Source: an uncultured bacterium (lineage in GTDB: Bacteria; Actinomycetota; Acidimicrobiia; Spongiisociales; ZC4RG35). Taken from it: a DNA stretch of 64,000 bases. The translations under genes were made by a program, and so were the position numbers. Where the stretch lies: NCBI GenBank assembly GCA_963753285.1, contig CAVWBT010000001.1, positions 115,194 to 179,193 on the forward strand, in the 5' to 3' direction. The notes under the pieces are model-generated. The model ran no database searches, was not told the origin of the DNA, and saw nothing but the letters and a program-made list of their open reading frames with translations. Shown one piece after another: positions 1 to 8,911 of this stretch. The stretch's first letter is position 1. Every line of letters starts with the position of its first letter.

Positions 1-677
1 TGCGAGCACCTTGACGAACCTGCGCATGTCATCCTCCTCCGTAATGCCCTCAACGCCACAGTCTCTCCCAATACCGGCGAGTCAAGGGTCTCAAGTCACA
101 CTGGTCTCAAGCCAGCATTCGAGCCGCTCACACACCCGGATTTCCTAAGGCAGCCAGCGAAGCAAGGCACTGTCGCCCAGCGTCAATCCGGTTTCTTGTT
201 TCAGTCGAGAACCCGAGATGCGAGCCGCTCCCCAGATCGATCTCTGGCAATTTCTGGCTTCAGCCTTTCCCCTGCTTGGATTGACCCTGTGAGCGATCGA
301 CCCACCCGACGATTGACCGGCCTCTACAAGCTGCCCGACATCGAGAACCCTGACGAGGAGACGATCAACGCTGTCGCCGATCTCATCCACCGGCAGATGG
401 TCGAGCGGTCTGAGCTACGAGCATCGACTGACCCCGACGGACGGACGTCGAGGTCAAGACGGACCGCCGACGCGGACCAGCACCCCGACGACTGACCTGC
501 CGTCACGCATGTCACGGGAGACTTCGAGATGTTGCTCACCTCATGCACCATCTGGAGTTGGCGAAACAATGCAGAGTCACCAGTGACAGCGAGTGACAGT
601 CGTCTCGTCACCGGACTGCGCTGCCGCCAGATCCTCCGTTCATCCAACCTGTCACACCCGTCCAATACGTTCTGTCG

Positions 678-866
678 ATGGACCTCCCCGACAGCCACAT
701 CGACACCCTGAAGGCGCTCGCCCGCCAACCTCCCGACCTCGACAACCTCGACCCCAAGGTGATCGCCGAGCTGCGGTCATGGGGGATGGTGATGCCCCAC
801 AGCTTCGAGTTGACCGGGATGGGTGCGAGGTATGCGGGGCTCGGTGAGCGGGGAGTGTTGAACTGA
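678..866 (+). CDS. Small conserved hypothetical protein (62 aa), family A copy 1; C-terminal motif WGMVMxHSxExTGMGARxAGxxERGVL
   Basis: ORF-track translation. Clear paralog of the 7556-7744 protein (MDLPDSHIDTLKAL.../MELPEPHLNVLKAL...). No recognised domain. Confidence 0.45.
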   Translation: MDLPDSHIDTLKALARQPPDLDNLDPKVIAELRSWGMVMPHSFELTGMGARYAGLGERGVLN

Positions 867-940
867 AGATCCGGTTTGGGCTGAAGATTCCGACAACCAG
901 TGCCGACGTTCAAAGAGAGCGGATACGAAAGGGATCGGGA

Positions 941-1057
941 TCATGGAAGACAGACAGCGTCGGAAGAGCGCTACGAATCGAGTCGCGGAGATCCTGTGGA
1001 TCATCTCTCTGGTCGTGACCGCGCTGGTAGCTGTCTACCTCTTGTTGGCTGCTTGAT
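941..1057 (+). CDS. Tiny single-TM peptide (38 aa), family B copy 1 (..RVAEILWIISLVVTALVAVYLLLAA)
   Basis: Hand translation, not in the ORF track. aaaggga RBS 6 nt upstream of the ATG. Locally lower GC. C-terminal hydrophobic helix similar to the 2277-2390 and 46174-46305 peptides. Confidence 0.35.
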
Positions 1058-1079
1058 TGCCTAAGTAAGAAAGGAAACT

Positions 1080-1241
1080 ATGGCGAACCTACCATCACCA
1101 CTCGACCTCGCAGTGATGCACCTGCGCCTGTTCTACGAATGGCTGGCGGAGAAGGGCATAGACCCCAAAGGCCTCAGCCAAGAGGAGTCGGTCAAGCTGG
1201 ATGCTGAGTTCACGCAGCACCTGATAGACGACTACGGGTGA
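1080..1241 (+). CDS. Small hypothetical protein (53 aa)
   Basis: Hand translation MANLPSPLDLAVMHLRLFYEWLAEKGIDPKGLSQEESVKLDAEFTQHLIDDYG. aaggaaa RBS. Lower GC than surroundings. Confidence 0.3.
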   Translation: MANLPSPLDLAVMHLRLFYEWLAEKGIDPKGLSQEESVKLDAEFTQHLIDDYG

Positions 1242-1435
1242 GAGTCCCCGGGGGTACTCACGTCAGGGTCCGACGGGTCACCCTTCCGGCGTCCGCCCCT
1301 AATCGGGATCCGCTCGAGCGGGTCGCCATGGCGTTGCACCCGGTAGTAGTGAGCGGTGCAGTAGCCCTTCGCCTTGTGCGCGCGGTCACACGACGGGACG
1401 GAGCAGATTCGCATCGACCCGACTCTCGTCGGCAC
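1232..1435 (-). CDS. CxxC..HY zinc-ribbon motif protein (67 aa), HNH-endonuclease-associated N-terminal type motif
   Basis: Motif CSVPSCDRAHKAKGYCTAHYYRVQRHGDP. Paralogous to the motifs in 7767-8114 and 8053-8550. Confidence 0.45.
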   Translation of the reverse strand: MPTRVGSMRICSVPSCDRAHKAKGYCTAHYYRVQRHGDPLERIPIRGGRRKGDPSDPDVSTPGDSHP

Positions 1436-1499
1436 CCCGCTTGAGGGCTGCGATACTGGCGTTTGGAAGCCCCGACGGCATAGACTCCCTCCGAAAGGA

Positions 1500-1605
1500 A
1501 GTCACGTCATCGGGGTCTTTCACTTGCTGTCACCACCCGACTCGCTCGCCGGTCACCCGACATCGACGGCCTCGACCCCGATGTGATCGCCGAGCTGCGC
1601 TCGTA
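1500..1605 (+). pseudogene. Truncated remnant of a family A small gene (..LARRSPDIDGLDPDVIAELRS*)
   Basis: In-frame translation matches LARQPPDLDNLDPKVIAELRSW of the 678-866 protein and then hits a stop. Flanking frames are noise. Confidence 0.35.
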
Positions 1606-1686
1606 GGGGATTTGGGCTGGCCGGGCGCTTGAGGCCCCGGTGTCGCCATGTGCGACACCGGGGCCTTTCGCCTTGCTGCGTGACTG

Positions 1687-2118
1687 CTACGGCTTCAGGT
1701 GGCACACCTCTGTCATCTTCCCGTCGGGTGTGAAGCGACGGACGCTGGTAGTCATTCCATCGGCCCAGTTGGCTGGCCAATTCGACTGCTCCCCGTAGTT
1801 CGCCCAGAGCCATCCGTAGTTGGCGAGACATCCTCCATCGTAGGTCTTGGGAGATCCAGCGGCGATGAACTCCTCCATGAACTCCTCGGGTATTTGGCCG
1901 TGCAGAATCAGATGAAATGCGCCATCCGGTGTCCGCACGTTGTGAACCGTGCAGGCTGGATCGTTGTAGGCGAACGGATCGCCTGGATCGAACCAGGCGA
2001 CCTGGCAGGGCAGCTCATCGAAGTGAGCCACCTCGGCCCCCTCACTTGAATCAGCGCTGCCCGGCACCGCCATCAGCGTTAGCGATGCGGCAATAGCCAA
2101 TACGAATAGCTTCCGCAT
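1687..2118 (-). CDS. Secreted hypothetical protein with N-terminal signal peptide
   Basis: Start MRKLFVLAIAASLTLMAV follows a gggaggaaggag RBS. Cys- and Trp-rich mature part. No recognised domain. Confidence 0.55.
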   Translation of the reverse strand: MRKLFVLAIAASLTLMAVPGSADSSEGAEVAHFDELPCQVAWFDPGDPFAYNDPACTVHNVRTPDGAFHLILHGQIPEEFMEEFIAAGSPKTYDGGCLANYGWLWANYGEQSNWPANWADGMTTSVRRFTPDGKMTEVCHLKP

Positions 2119-2276
2119 TGAGGCTCCTTCCTCCCTCAACCCCAAGCAGTACAACTACCGAAGCGTCACCTCAAGAGCAGGAAGTCACCTCGAAGCACCC
2201 GCCGAGACGAATGGTCGAGCTGAAGATCCTGACGAGCGGTGCCGAAGACAAAGAGGACAGACGAAGGACGGCAATC

Positions 2277-2390
2277 ATGGAACACGGACCGCAGGCAAAG
2301 GCATCTCAGGGTCGACTCGCAGAGGTCCTGGCAAACAGCGCTCTGGCAGTAGCTGCGCTCGTCACCGTCGTACACCTTCTCGGCGGGTGA
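2277..2390 (+). CDS. Tiny single-TM peptide (37 aa), family B copy 2 (..RLAEVLANSALAVAALVTVVHLLGG)
   Basis: ATG with aaggacgg RBS. C-terminus near-identical to the 46174-46305 peptide (..LVTVVHLLAG). Confidence 0.4.
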   Translation: MEHGPQAKASQGRLAEVLANSALAVAALVTVVHLLGG

Positions 2391-2501
2391 GTGTCGGAGC
2401 GTCTACCCCTGGGATCGTTGACCTCATCGCTGCCAGTGAGCAAGACGTAGCTCCTCGGCCGACACCGCCGACCGCCACACACCGGGCCGTATCGTGTCGC
2501 T

Positions 2502-3641
2502 ATGGCCGGACCGCCAGCCGATAGCGACACGCCTGATCGAGCCGACCTCTGCAACTACGGCTCGCTCGGAGTGCTCAACACCCGACCGGACGGACTCCAG
2601 TGCCACATCTGCGGTGAATGGTGGACGAGCCTGGCCGCCCACACTCAACGCACCCATGGCCTCTCCGCTGACGAGTACCGGGCGACGTTCGGGCTGATGA
2701 AAAAGACGAAGCTGGTTGCACCCGTCGTCAGGGAGGCTCAGTCCAAGAGGGCCACCGAACACCTTCGTCGGATTGGCGGTCCTCACCGTGAGACCGTGAA
2801 GACGCTTTCGACCGACGAGCGGCGCCAAAGGGCTCTGAAGGCTGAGCGGCGAGAAGAACACGAACTCAACTCGCCGGCACCGGAGCGGGCGAACCCGATG
2901 CTCGAAGCCCGATTCGGCCCCACCAAGCGTGTCCCAGATGACGTTCTCCAGGACGCCGTCAACGTATTCGTCGAGGAGCTGCCAGAGCGCTCCAGGGGAG
3001 TCTGGGTGCGCACCGGCGGGCGGTTGGGTGTCGAGTGGTCGACGGCCCGGATGCTCGTCTACACGGCGGCTGACAGGGGCATGATCGAACTCTCCGGGAC
3101 ACGCACCGACCTCACTGCCCGCCACCATGACGGCACCGAGATCGTCCCGCCCGATTCGTTCCCGGGTCGTCTCGCCACCCTGCAGAGGTATTCGGAGGCG
3201 ACGGGGTCGGCGGCGGTGCCTCGATCTGCCGTGTTCGAGGACGTGGCGATCGGGAAGTGGGTCGAGTCGGTGAAGAACCGATGGCGCAACGGCACTCTCA
3301 ACGACGAACAGAAGGAGGTGCTCGAAGTGCTGCCGGGATGGCGGTGGCCGGAGTCGGGACCGTACTCCGGCGGGTCGGTTCCCCCGTCGGACTCGGAGGT
3401 CGGCGTGAACGTGGCGATGTGGAACTCAGCCTTCGAGCGGCTGGGGCAGTTCGTCGAGGAGCACGGGCATGCCCGAGTTCCGGCTCGACATCGAGACGAC
3501 GACGGGTTCACGCTCGGAACATGGGTCGGAGCGCAGCGGTGGAAGCACAGGGACAGCGAGCTACATGGTGTTCTGGTTCAGCGCCTGGAGCGACTCCCGG
3601 GTTGGGTGTGGTCACCGCCGATTGGAGGACCTCACGAGTAG
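2502..3641 (+). CDS. MucR/Ros-type C2H2 zinc-finger fused to two helicase-associated (HA) domain repeats
   Basis: N-terminus LQCHICGEWWTSLAAHTQRTHGLSADEYRATFGL resembles the Ros/MucR zinc finger. C-terminal repeats W..FERLGQFVEEHGHARVP..H..DGFTLGTWV..QR match the HA-domain pattern. Confidence 0.55.
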   Translation: MAGPPADSDTPDRADLCNYGSLGVLNTRPDGLQCHICGEWWTSLAAHTQRTHGLSADEYRATFGLMKKTKLVAPVVREAQSKRATEHLRRIGGPHRETVKTLSTDERRQRALKAERREEHELNSPAPERANPMLEARFGPTKRVPDDVLQDAVNVFVEELPERSRGVWVRTGGRLGVEWSTARMLVYTAADRGMIELSGTRTDLTARHHDGTEIVPPDSFPGRLATLQRYSEATGSAAVPRSAVFEDVAIGKWVESVKNRWRNGTLNDEQKEVLEVLPGWRWPESGPYSGGSVPPSDSEVGVNVAMWNSAFERLGQFVEEHGHARVPARHRDDDGFTLGTWVGAQRWKHRDSELHGVLVQRLERLPGWVWSPPIGGPHE

Positions 3642-3669
3642 CTCCCGCAGGCTCAGCCCTATCGCGGAA

Positions 3670-4671
3670 TCAACGGGTGGGGATCCATACAACTGCGTGT
3701 TGTCCGTCTGGTGCCTGCAACGTTCCGACAGCGACTCCTTTGTTGTTCAGGTCGAGTCCGCGTCCGCTCCACCCTTCGGGTACCGGCAACTCCACCAGGG
3801 ATCCGTCGCTGCTCACAAGCACCGGCGTCGGCGGCTCACCTGTAGCGGTCGAACCGGCCATTACCCCATGGTCGTTGATCGCCGTAAGGCTCAACCCTTC
3901 ATACTCGGTGACGCCGTCTTTGGCGTCCCACAACACTCCGACGACGTTTATTGATGTCGTCGCAGACACGGTGTACACCACCTGCCCTCGATTGTTGATG
4001 TCCGGAACCCCCGGTGGTGGCCCCGTCATCTCGAAGTAGGCGACATGGGTGAGGCCGCCGTCTCGTTCCCGGATCACGAAATGAAGTCCGTCCGGGTACC
4101 CCCCCGGTACGAAGTGGCTGCTCGTGATCCCGAGTACTTGGCCGTGGTCATTGATTCGCACTGCATTCATCAGCCCATCTTCGGCGAGGCCGACTCGTCC
4201 GTCCTTGAGTGTCCAGAGGTAGGCATCGCCCATCTCGCCGCCCACCACGGCGCCGTGACGGTTGATGCCTCCGGGTGACGGCCAGACCGTAATCTCGATG
4301 GTTGAGACCTTGCCGGTGCGTCGATCCCAATCGACGTAGTACGTCTGGTTCTCCTCACAACAAGCCTGAGCGACGATCTCGCCGTGCTTGTTGATCCCAT
4401 AGGCACTGCTCCACGATTGCGACCCCCAGCCCGCTACAACATGAAGGTCGGTCATGGTCCCGTCCGGCTGCCACACGAAGGCATGCCCACTCGGTGACGG
4501 CTGACCATTGCCGACCACTTCGCCCCGATCGTTCACGGCCAGAGCGAATCCAGCGCCGAGATCGATCAGCTCGTACTCGTCGACGGCAGGATCCGCCCAG
4601 GCGATCGGCGTGAGAAACATCGATCCGACCACCAGGCAAAGCAACAGAATGAGATGGTTTCGATACCGCAT
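3670..4671 (-). CDS. Secreted HAF-family extracellular repeat protein
   Basis: Signal peptide. Repeated INxxGxVVG motifs and HAFVW, as in the HAF extracellular repeat family. Confidence 0.55.
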   Translation of the reverse strand: MRYRNHLILLLCLVVGSMFLTPIAWADPAVDEYELIDLGAGFALAVNDRGEVVGNGQPSPSGHAFVWQPDGTMTDLHVVAGWGSQSWSSAYGINKHGEIVAQACCEENQTYYVDWDRRTGKVSTIEITVWPSPGGINRHGAVVGGEMGDAYLWTLKDGRVGLAEDGLMNAVRINDHGQVLGITSSHFVPGGYPDGLHFVIRERDGGLTHVAYFEMTGPPPGVPDINNRGQVVYTVSATTSINVVGVLWDAKDGVTEYEGLSLTAINDHGVMAGSTATGEPPTPVLVSSDGSLVELPVPEGWSGRGLDLNNKGVAVGTLQAPDGQHAVVWIPTR

Positions 4672-4924
4672 CTCGACCTCCCTTCGAAGAGAAGACCGGG
4701 TATCTCATTCCAGTCTCCATCAGCGTCACACCAGGGGAAGGGTCGGACGCCCCCTTTCACTCGATTTCCCAACCGTTTTCCCAACCGCCCCCTGACCGTC
4801 GTCAACCCGATGACGCCCAGCGACTCACGAGAACTTGATCGTGAGTTGGACCTCAACAACGTCGCCAACCGCCAACCAATCGCTGGCAATTTCTGCGTTC
4901 GACCCAGGCGAGGCCCGACGTCAG

Positions 4925-5569
4925 CTAAATGCCGACGTCCCACTCCCGCCGCTGCATGGCGTCCACCACATCCTTCGGGGCCAGATGCGACAGGTACCGG
5001 TCCGTGGTCGCCAGTGAGGCATGCCCGAGTTGCCGTTGGATCACCGGCACCGGCACACCCTCCATCATTAACTCAAACGCCATCGTGTGCCGGAGGCCGT
5101 GAGGGTGGACCCGCTTCTCGATCCCGACCTTCCCGGCGAGCCGGGGCAGCAGCGTTCGCACATACGACGGCTTCAACGGCTTGCCCTTCAAGGTGCAGAA
5201 CAGAGGTGCCCGAGCAGACACCCCTAGCTCTTTCCGTCGGTCAACCCAACGCTGGACGATCGCCATCGCCCCGGGATCGAACCCGACCGTTCGACGGCGG
5301 TCACCCTTCCCATGGAGCACGGTGATGGTCGCCTGCCCGGCGTCGATGTCCTTGGGTTTGAGGGCGAGCGCCTCGCCGAGTCGAAGACCACCCCGGTAGA
5401 GGACGGTGATCAAGGCCCGGTTCCTGATGCCGGTCGGGGCCGTGTTCGAGCAGGCCCGGATCATCGACTTGACCTCATCGGGGGTGAGCACCTCGGCTGG
5501 GTAGGTCTGCCCTTTGTTGGGTGCGGTGCGGCCAGCGTGGTAACCGGGCTGGATGACTGGTGAATTCAT
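4925..5569 (-). CDS. Tyrosine recombinase / phage-type integrase, short catalytic-domain-only form
   Basis: Catalytic motifs HGLRHTMAFELMMEG..LGHASLATTDRYLSH (R..H..R/H..Y). Only 214 aa, no N-terminal SAM-like domain. Confidence 0.8.
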   Translation of the reverse strand: MNSPVIQPGYHAGRTAPNKGQTYPAEVLTPDEVKSMIRACSNTAPTGIRNRALITVLYRGGLRLGEALALKPKDIDAGQATITVLHGKGDRRRTVGFDPGAMAIVQRWVDRRKELGVSARAPLFCTLKGKPLKPSYVRTLLPRLAGKVGIEKRVHPHGLRHTMAFELMMEGVPVPVIQRQLGHASLATTDRYLSHLAPKDVVDAMQRREWDVGI

Positions 5570-5573
5570 GTTG

Positions 5574-5601
5574 AGTGATGCTTTTGACTCATAGCATCAC
5601 T
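5574..5601. promoter_or_regulatory. Perfect 9-bp inverted repeat (agtgatgct-N10-agcatcact) directly upstream of the integrase start, in an AT-richer intergenic stretch
   Basis: Read directly from the sequence. Candidate recombinase binding site, operator or att core. Confidence 0.3.
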
Positions 5602-5709
5602 GTATCTGAGCGGTGAGGGTTAGGACTAGTAGAAGCAACACTATTCGGGCTGAAAGCCCAACTGAGATTCTGTCCTGAATGCAGGATCTCGCCACGACTA
5701 GATGACTCG

Positions 5710-7410
5710 CTACGGCGTGCCTTGTGCACCAGCCGAGAGCATCTCGATGCGGGATCGAGGGTCTGGGACGAACCCTTCTCGATCCTGGCCCTCACTCGGT
5801 ACGGTGCCTTCGATCCACCCAGAGATCATCAGCTCTCGCCCGATGGTGAAGTCAGCGCCATACGGTCGATCCCAGGACCATTGGACCTCGTCACCGTACA
5901 CACGCTCCACGTCCGCCACAGACGAACCCACACCCAGCCCCTCGTCCGTCCGAAGCCGGATATCGCCGGGACCGAGAGACCAACCCACAAACGCTGGACG
6001 GTCACCGAAGCCGTGCAGATCCGAGAACACGAGCTGAACAGCCCCTCGCCCCCAGCTCACCGACCGGAAGTAGTCCTCGCACCCGAACCCCCCTGAAGCC
6101 GAGAAACATGACCCTCCCTGGCTCCAGGGTGGTACCGCTATCCAATCCGATTCCGGTGGTCCCAGAAGCTCGATGATCGTCCCCACGACGTCATCTACCG
6201 CGTCACCGAAGTCGACCACCCCGAGTCCGTCCGGCCGGAGCTGGATCGCCGCCACAGTCCGCGGTATGACGGGACCTCCGATGTCGATCGACGACTTTGC
6301 CAAGTGCGCGTGACCGGCGACAGGGATTGTGGTAGTCCTGGTTGGGTCGTCGACTGACACCACGATCACGGGCTTGCCATCGGCGACGAGTGCATGGGTG
6401 TCAGACAAGTCGATTAACCGACCATCGAGGACCAGCCGTTCCACACCCAACGCAGTATCGACGAACAACGTCCGCCCTCCCAGCGTGTATCCGAACAGCC
6501 CACCCGAGGGCGAGAGCGTGCAGATGTCCGGGCATCCGTTCCCCTCACACCCAGCCTCGATCCACGGGACCCACACCCATTCCGCCCACAACCCCCGAGC
6601 GGGACCCTCGGGAGGCTCGATGGCCGTCATCGGGTCAACGAGAGCACAGTCCTGACCGACCTGGTTGATGAACAGCGCCACCAACTGCCCGCCACCAGCG
6701 GAGATGCCACTGATCCCGGACTCGAAGACTCCCATCGCTTCCGCCTCAGTCACCGACTGTTGGTCAAGGTCATAGATGCGAAGCCGGTCGATCAGATCCT
6801 CATGTATGCCGTCGTACCAGGTTGGTACCTCGGGGCAGTCCCCGTAGTACGTACAGGCAAACCAGTCCCAGTATCCCGGAGGTGTATCAGATCGCACATA
6901 AACGACCTGAACACTGCCATCCTGGTCGGCAAAGGCGTCCGACAACGTCAGGTCTTGTCCCGTCCCCGGTGTCGGAACGATCAACACTTGTGCTTCACCT
7001 GCACCACGAGGAACCCACCACACCGTGGTGTCCAGATCCGCCAACCCTGACGTCGAGCTGCGGTCCGACCGCCCCCGCTCGACCTGGAACAACAACCCGC
7101 CCCCGGTGTCATCGATCGCATACGCCACCCGCCCCTTCACCAACTGGGTGATCTTCCCGGTCGAATCGATCAGGAACACACCGTCGTCGTTGGTGACCAA
7201 CACATCGACCGCAGGCCATGCGCCTTCGATCCCGGTCGTCGGTGTCTCCGGTGGGACCGTCGACGTCGACTCGACTACCTCGGAAGTCGCGATCGTCGGC
7301 CCACTGGTGGACGGTGTCGTGTCAGTCGACCCCACATCCTCTGAACCACCGGCACATGCCGCTGAGACAATCCCCAACACGACGAAGACCACGATCCAGC
7401 GACGCATCAT
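5710..7410 (-). CDS. Large secreted lipoprotein, hypothetical
   Basis: N-terminal MMRRWIVVFVVLGIVSAACAGG lipobox-like. Long coherent 566-aa ORF. Confidence 0.5.
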   Translation of the reverse strand: MMRRWIVVFVVLGIVSAACAGGSEDVGSTDTTPSTSGPTIATSEVVESTSTVPPETPTTGIEGAWPAVDVLVTNDDGVFLIDSTGKITQLVKGRVAYAIDDTGGGLLFQVERGRSDRSSTSGLADLDTTVWWVPRGAGEAQVLIVPTPGTGQDLTLSDAFADQDGSVQVVYVRSDTPPGYWDWFACTYYGDCPEVPTWYDGIHEDLIDRLRIYDLDQQSVTEAEAMGVFESGISGISAGGGQLVALFINQVGQDCALVDPMTAIEPPEGPARGLWAEWVWVPWIEAGCEGNGCPDICTLSPSGGLFGYTLGGRTLFVDTALGVERLVLDGRLIDLSDTHALVADGKPVIVVSVDDPTRTTTIPVAGHAHLAKSSIDIGGPVIPRTVAAIQLRPDGLGVVDFGDAVDDVVGTIIELLGPPESDWIAVPPWSQGGSCFSASGGFGCEDYFRSVSWGRGAVQLVFSDLHGFGDRPAFVGWSLGPGDIRLRTDEGLGVGSSVADVERVYGDEVQWSWDRPYGADFTIGRELMISGWIEGTVPSEGQDREGFVPDPRSRIEMLSAGAQGTP

Positions 7411-7555
7411 CCCGCCTCCACCACCAGCGTCCAGCCCAGGATGTGCGAGGTCAAGAGCACGATGTCATGGTCGGGTGTTTCCGAGAAGGCGCTCGGATAG
7501 CCGACGACCACCGACGTACTGAGCGAGTCGTTGCCGCTCGCAGTGGACCACCAGC

Positions 7556-7744
7556 TCAGTCCAGGACACCCCGCTCGGATACACCCGCGAACCTCGCACC
7601 CATTCCCGTCACCTCTAACGAGTGGGACATCACCATCCCCCAGACGCGCAGGCCGGCCAGCACGTCGGGATCGATTTCGACGGCATCGACCGATGCAGTC
7701 GTGAGTGCCTTCAGGACGTTGAGGTGAGGTTCGGGTAGCTCCAT
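7556..7744 (-). CDS. Small conserved hypothetical protein (62 aa), family A copy 2
   Basis: MELPEPHLNVLKAL..LRVWGMVMSHSLEVTGMGARFAGVSERGVLD, paralog of the 678-866 protein. Confidence 0.45.
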   Translation of the reverse strand: MELPEPHLNVLKALTTASVDAVEIDPDVLAGLRVWGMVMSHSLEVTGMGARFAGVSERGVLD

Positions 7745-7766
7745 CGATGGAACATACGAGGCGGGT

Positions 7767-8114
7767 GTGACACGCCTTCGTGGCAACATGACACCCATGC
7801 CGACTTCGCGCAGCGTCGAGTCCTGCGACCGACCCCACAAGGCCAATGGCTACTGCACACCCCACTACTACCGGGTTCGCCGCCACGGCGACCCGCAGGC
7901 GCACATCCCGATCGGGAAGGCCAAGCTCAAGGACCAGCAGCGGTGTGAAGTGAAGGCGTGCGACCGGAAGGCGATCGCCCGCGGGATGTGCGATGCCCAC
8001 TACCGGCGATGGCGCAAGGGTGATGGCAGACCCGAGGTTCCCATCGGTCGTCATGCTGCCGCTCCTTCGATTATCACGGTGGAACCGGTGGCTTGTTCGA
8101 TCGGGGGGCTGTGA
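7767..8114 (+). CDS. CxxC..HY zinc-ribbon repeat protein (two motif copies)
   Basis: CDRPHKANGYCTPHYYRVRRHGDP and CDRKAIARGMCDAHYRRWRKGDG. Divergent from the family A copy 2 gene. May be one frameshifted gene together with 8053-8550. Confidence 0.45.
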   Translation: MTRLRGNMTPMPTSRSVESCDRPHKANGYCTPHYYRVRRHGDPQAHIPIGKAKLKDQQRCEVKACDRKAIARGMCDAHYRRWRKGDGRPEVPIGRHAAAPSIITVEPVACSIGGL

Positions 8115-8550
8115 GCGGCCGTCCGAGGCGCGCGGGTGGTGTCGCGCCCACTACATGCGCTGGTTCGAAACCGGCAACGTGCGGGTTGATGAACCGCTGA
8201 GACGGACCGAGCGGGCGGTGTGTTCTGTGGAGGGGTGTGAGCGGCCGGTGACGGGGCGAGGGCTATGTCGGCGGCACTATCAGGCGTGGCGGCGCAGGCC
8301 ATACGGGGACAAGACGCCACAGGCCGAAGTAGGCATCAGACGCCGCGCCGACCACGGGTCGGATCGGTGCCCGGTTGCTCAGGGTCCTCGCCCCAAGCTG
8401 GCGCAGAGAGACGACATGACTGCCACGGTTGACGTTCGTATCAGTAACACCTGCGACGCTGACCCCGGCCTGGCGGTCAGAGGGACCAGCTTCGAGAGAT
8501 GGGGGTGCGACGGAAGTACGCGGGACCGATCGTGCGATCCACAAGCTTGA
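8053..8550 (+). CDS. CxxC..HY zinc-ribbon repeat protein continuation (two more motif copies), possibly frameshifted from 7767-8114
   Basis: CERPSEARGWCRAHYMRWFETG and CERPVTGRGLCRRHYQAWRRRPYGD in a different frame that overlaps the end of 7767-8114. C-terminal part of the ORF looks like noise. Confidence 0.35.
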   Translation: MLPLLRLSRWNRWLVRSGGCERPSEARGWCRAHYMRWFETGNVRVDEPLRRTERAVCSVEGCERPVTGRGLCRRHYQAWRRRPYGDKTPQAEVGIRRRADHGSDRCPVAQGPRPKLAQRDDMTATVDVRISNTCDADPGLAVRGTSFERWGCDGSTRDRSCDPQA

Positions 8551-8884
8551 TCGCCTTGACCTCGACGGTGGCTCCCGGACGCACCACGATCTCCGGTTCG
8601 GGAAGGTCGAAGCCTCCACGGAGGGAGTCGATCACAGACTCTTCGTGGACGATGTCCTTGGCATCGACCTCCGCCTCGACCACGACTCGAACCAGATCGC
8701 TGATGTACTCCCCGCTCGGCGCGTAGTTGGCATCGGCCAACTCAGTGGCGAACCACTCCGCCCAATCCTCATCCCACGTCCAATGGGAGTACCCCAAAGG
8801 ATTCGTGCCGAACACATCATCGGGCTTGGTCCCCTCCGAGAGCACGACCGCTCGCCACAGAGTGACTTTGTCAGTCTCCGCCAT
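8477..8884 (-). CDS. Acidic hypothetical protein (135 aa)
   Basis: Coherent ORF. No recognised domain. Confidence 0.35.
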   Translation of the reverse strand: MAETDKVTLWRAVVLSEGTKPDDVFGTNPLGYSHWTWDEDWAEWFATELADANYAPSGEYISDLVRVVVEAEVDAKDIVHEESVIDSLRGGFDLPEPEIVVRPGATVEVKAIKLVDRTIGPAYFRRTPISRSWSL

Positions 8885-8911
8885 AAGGCGAATCCTACGC
8901 CGTGCTCTCTT

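Noticed and set aside
3257-4039. 260-aa and 161-aa plus-strand ORFs overlapping the ends of the MucR-HA and HAF genes
   Set aside because: Alternative-frame artefacts with low-complexity composition.
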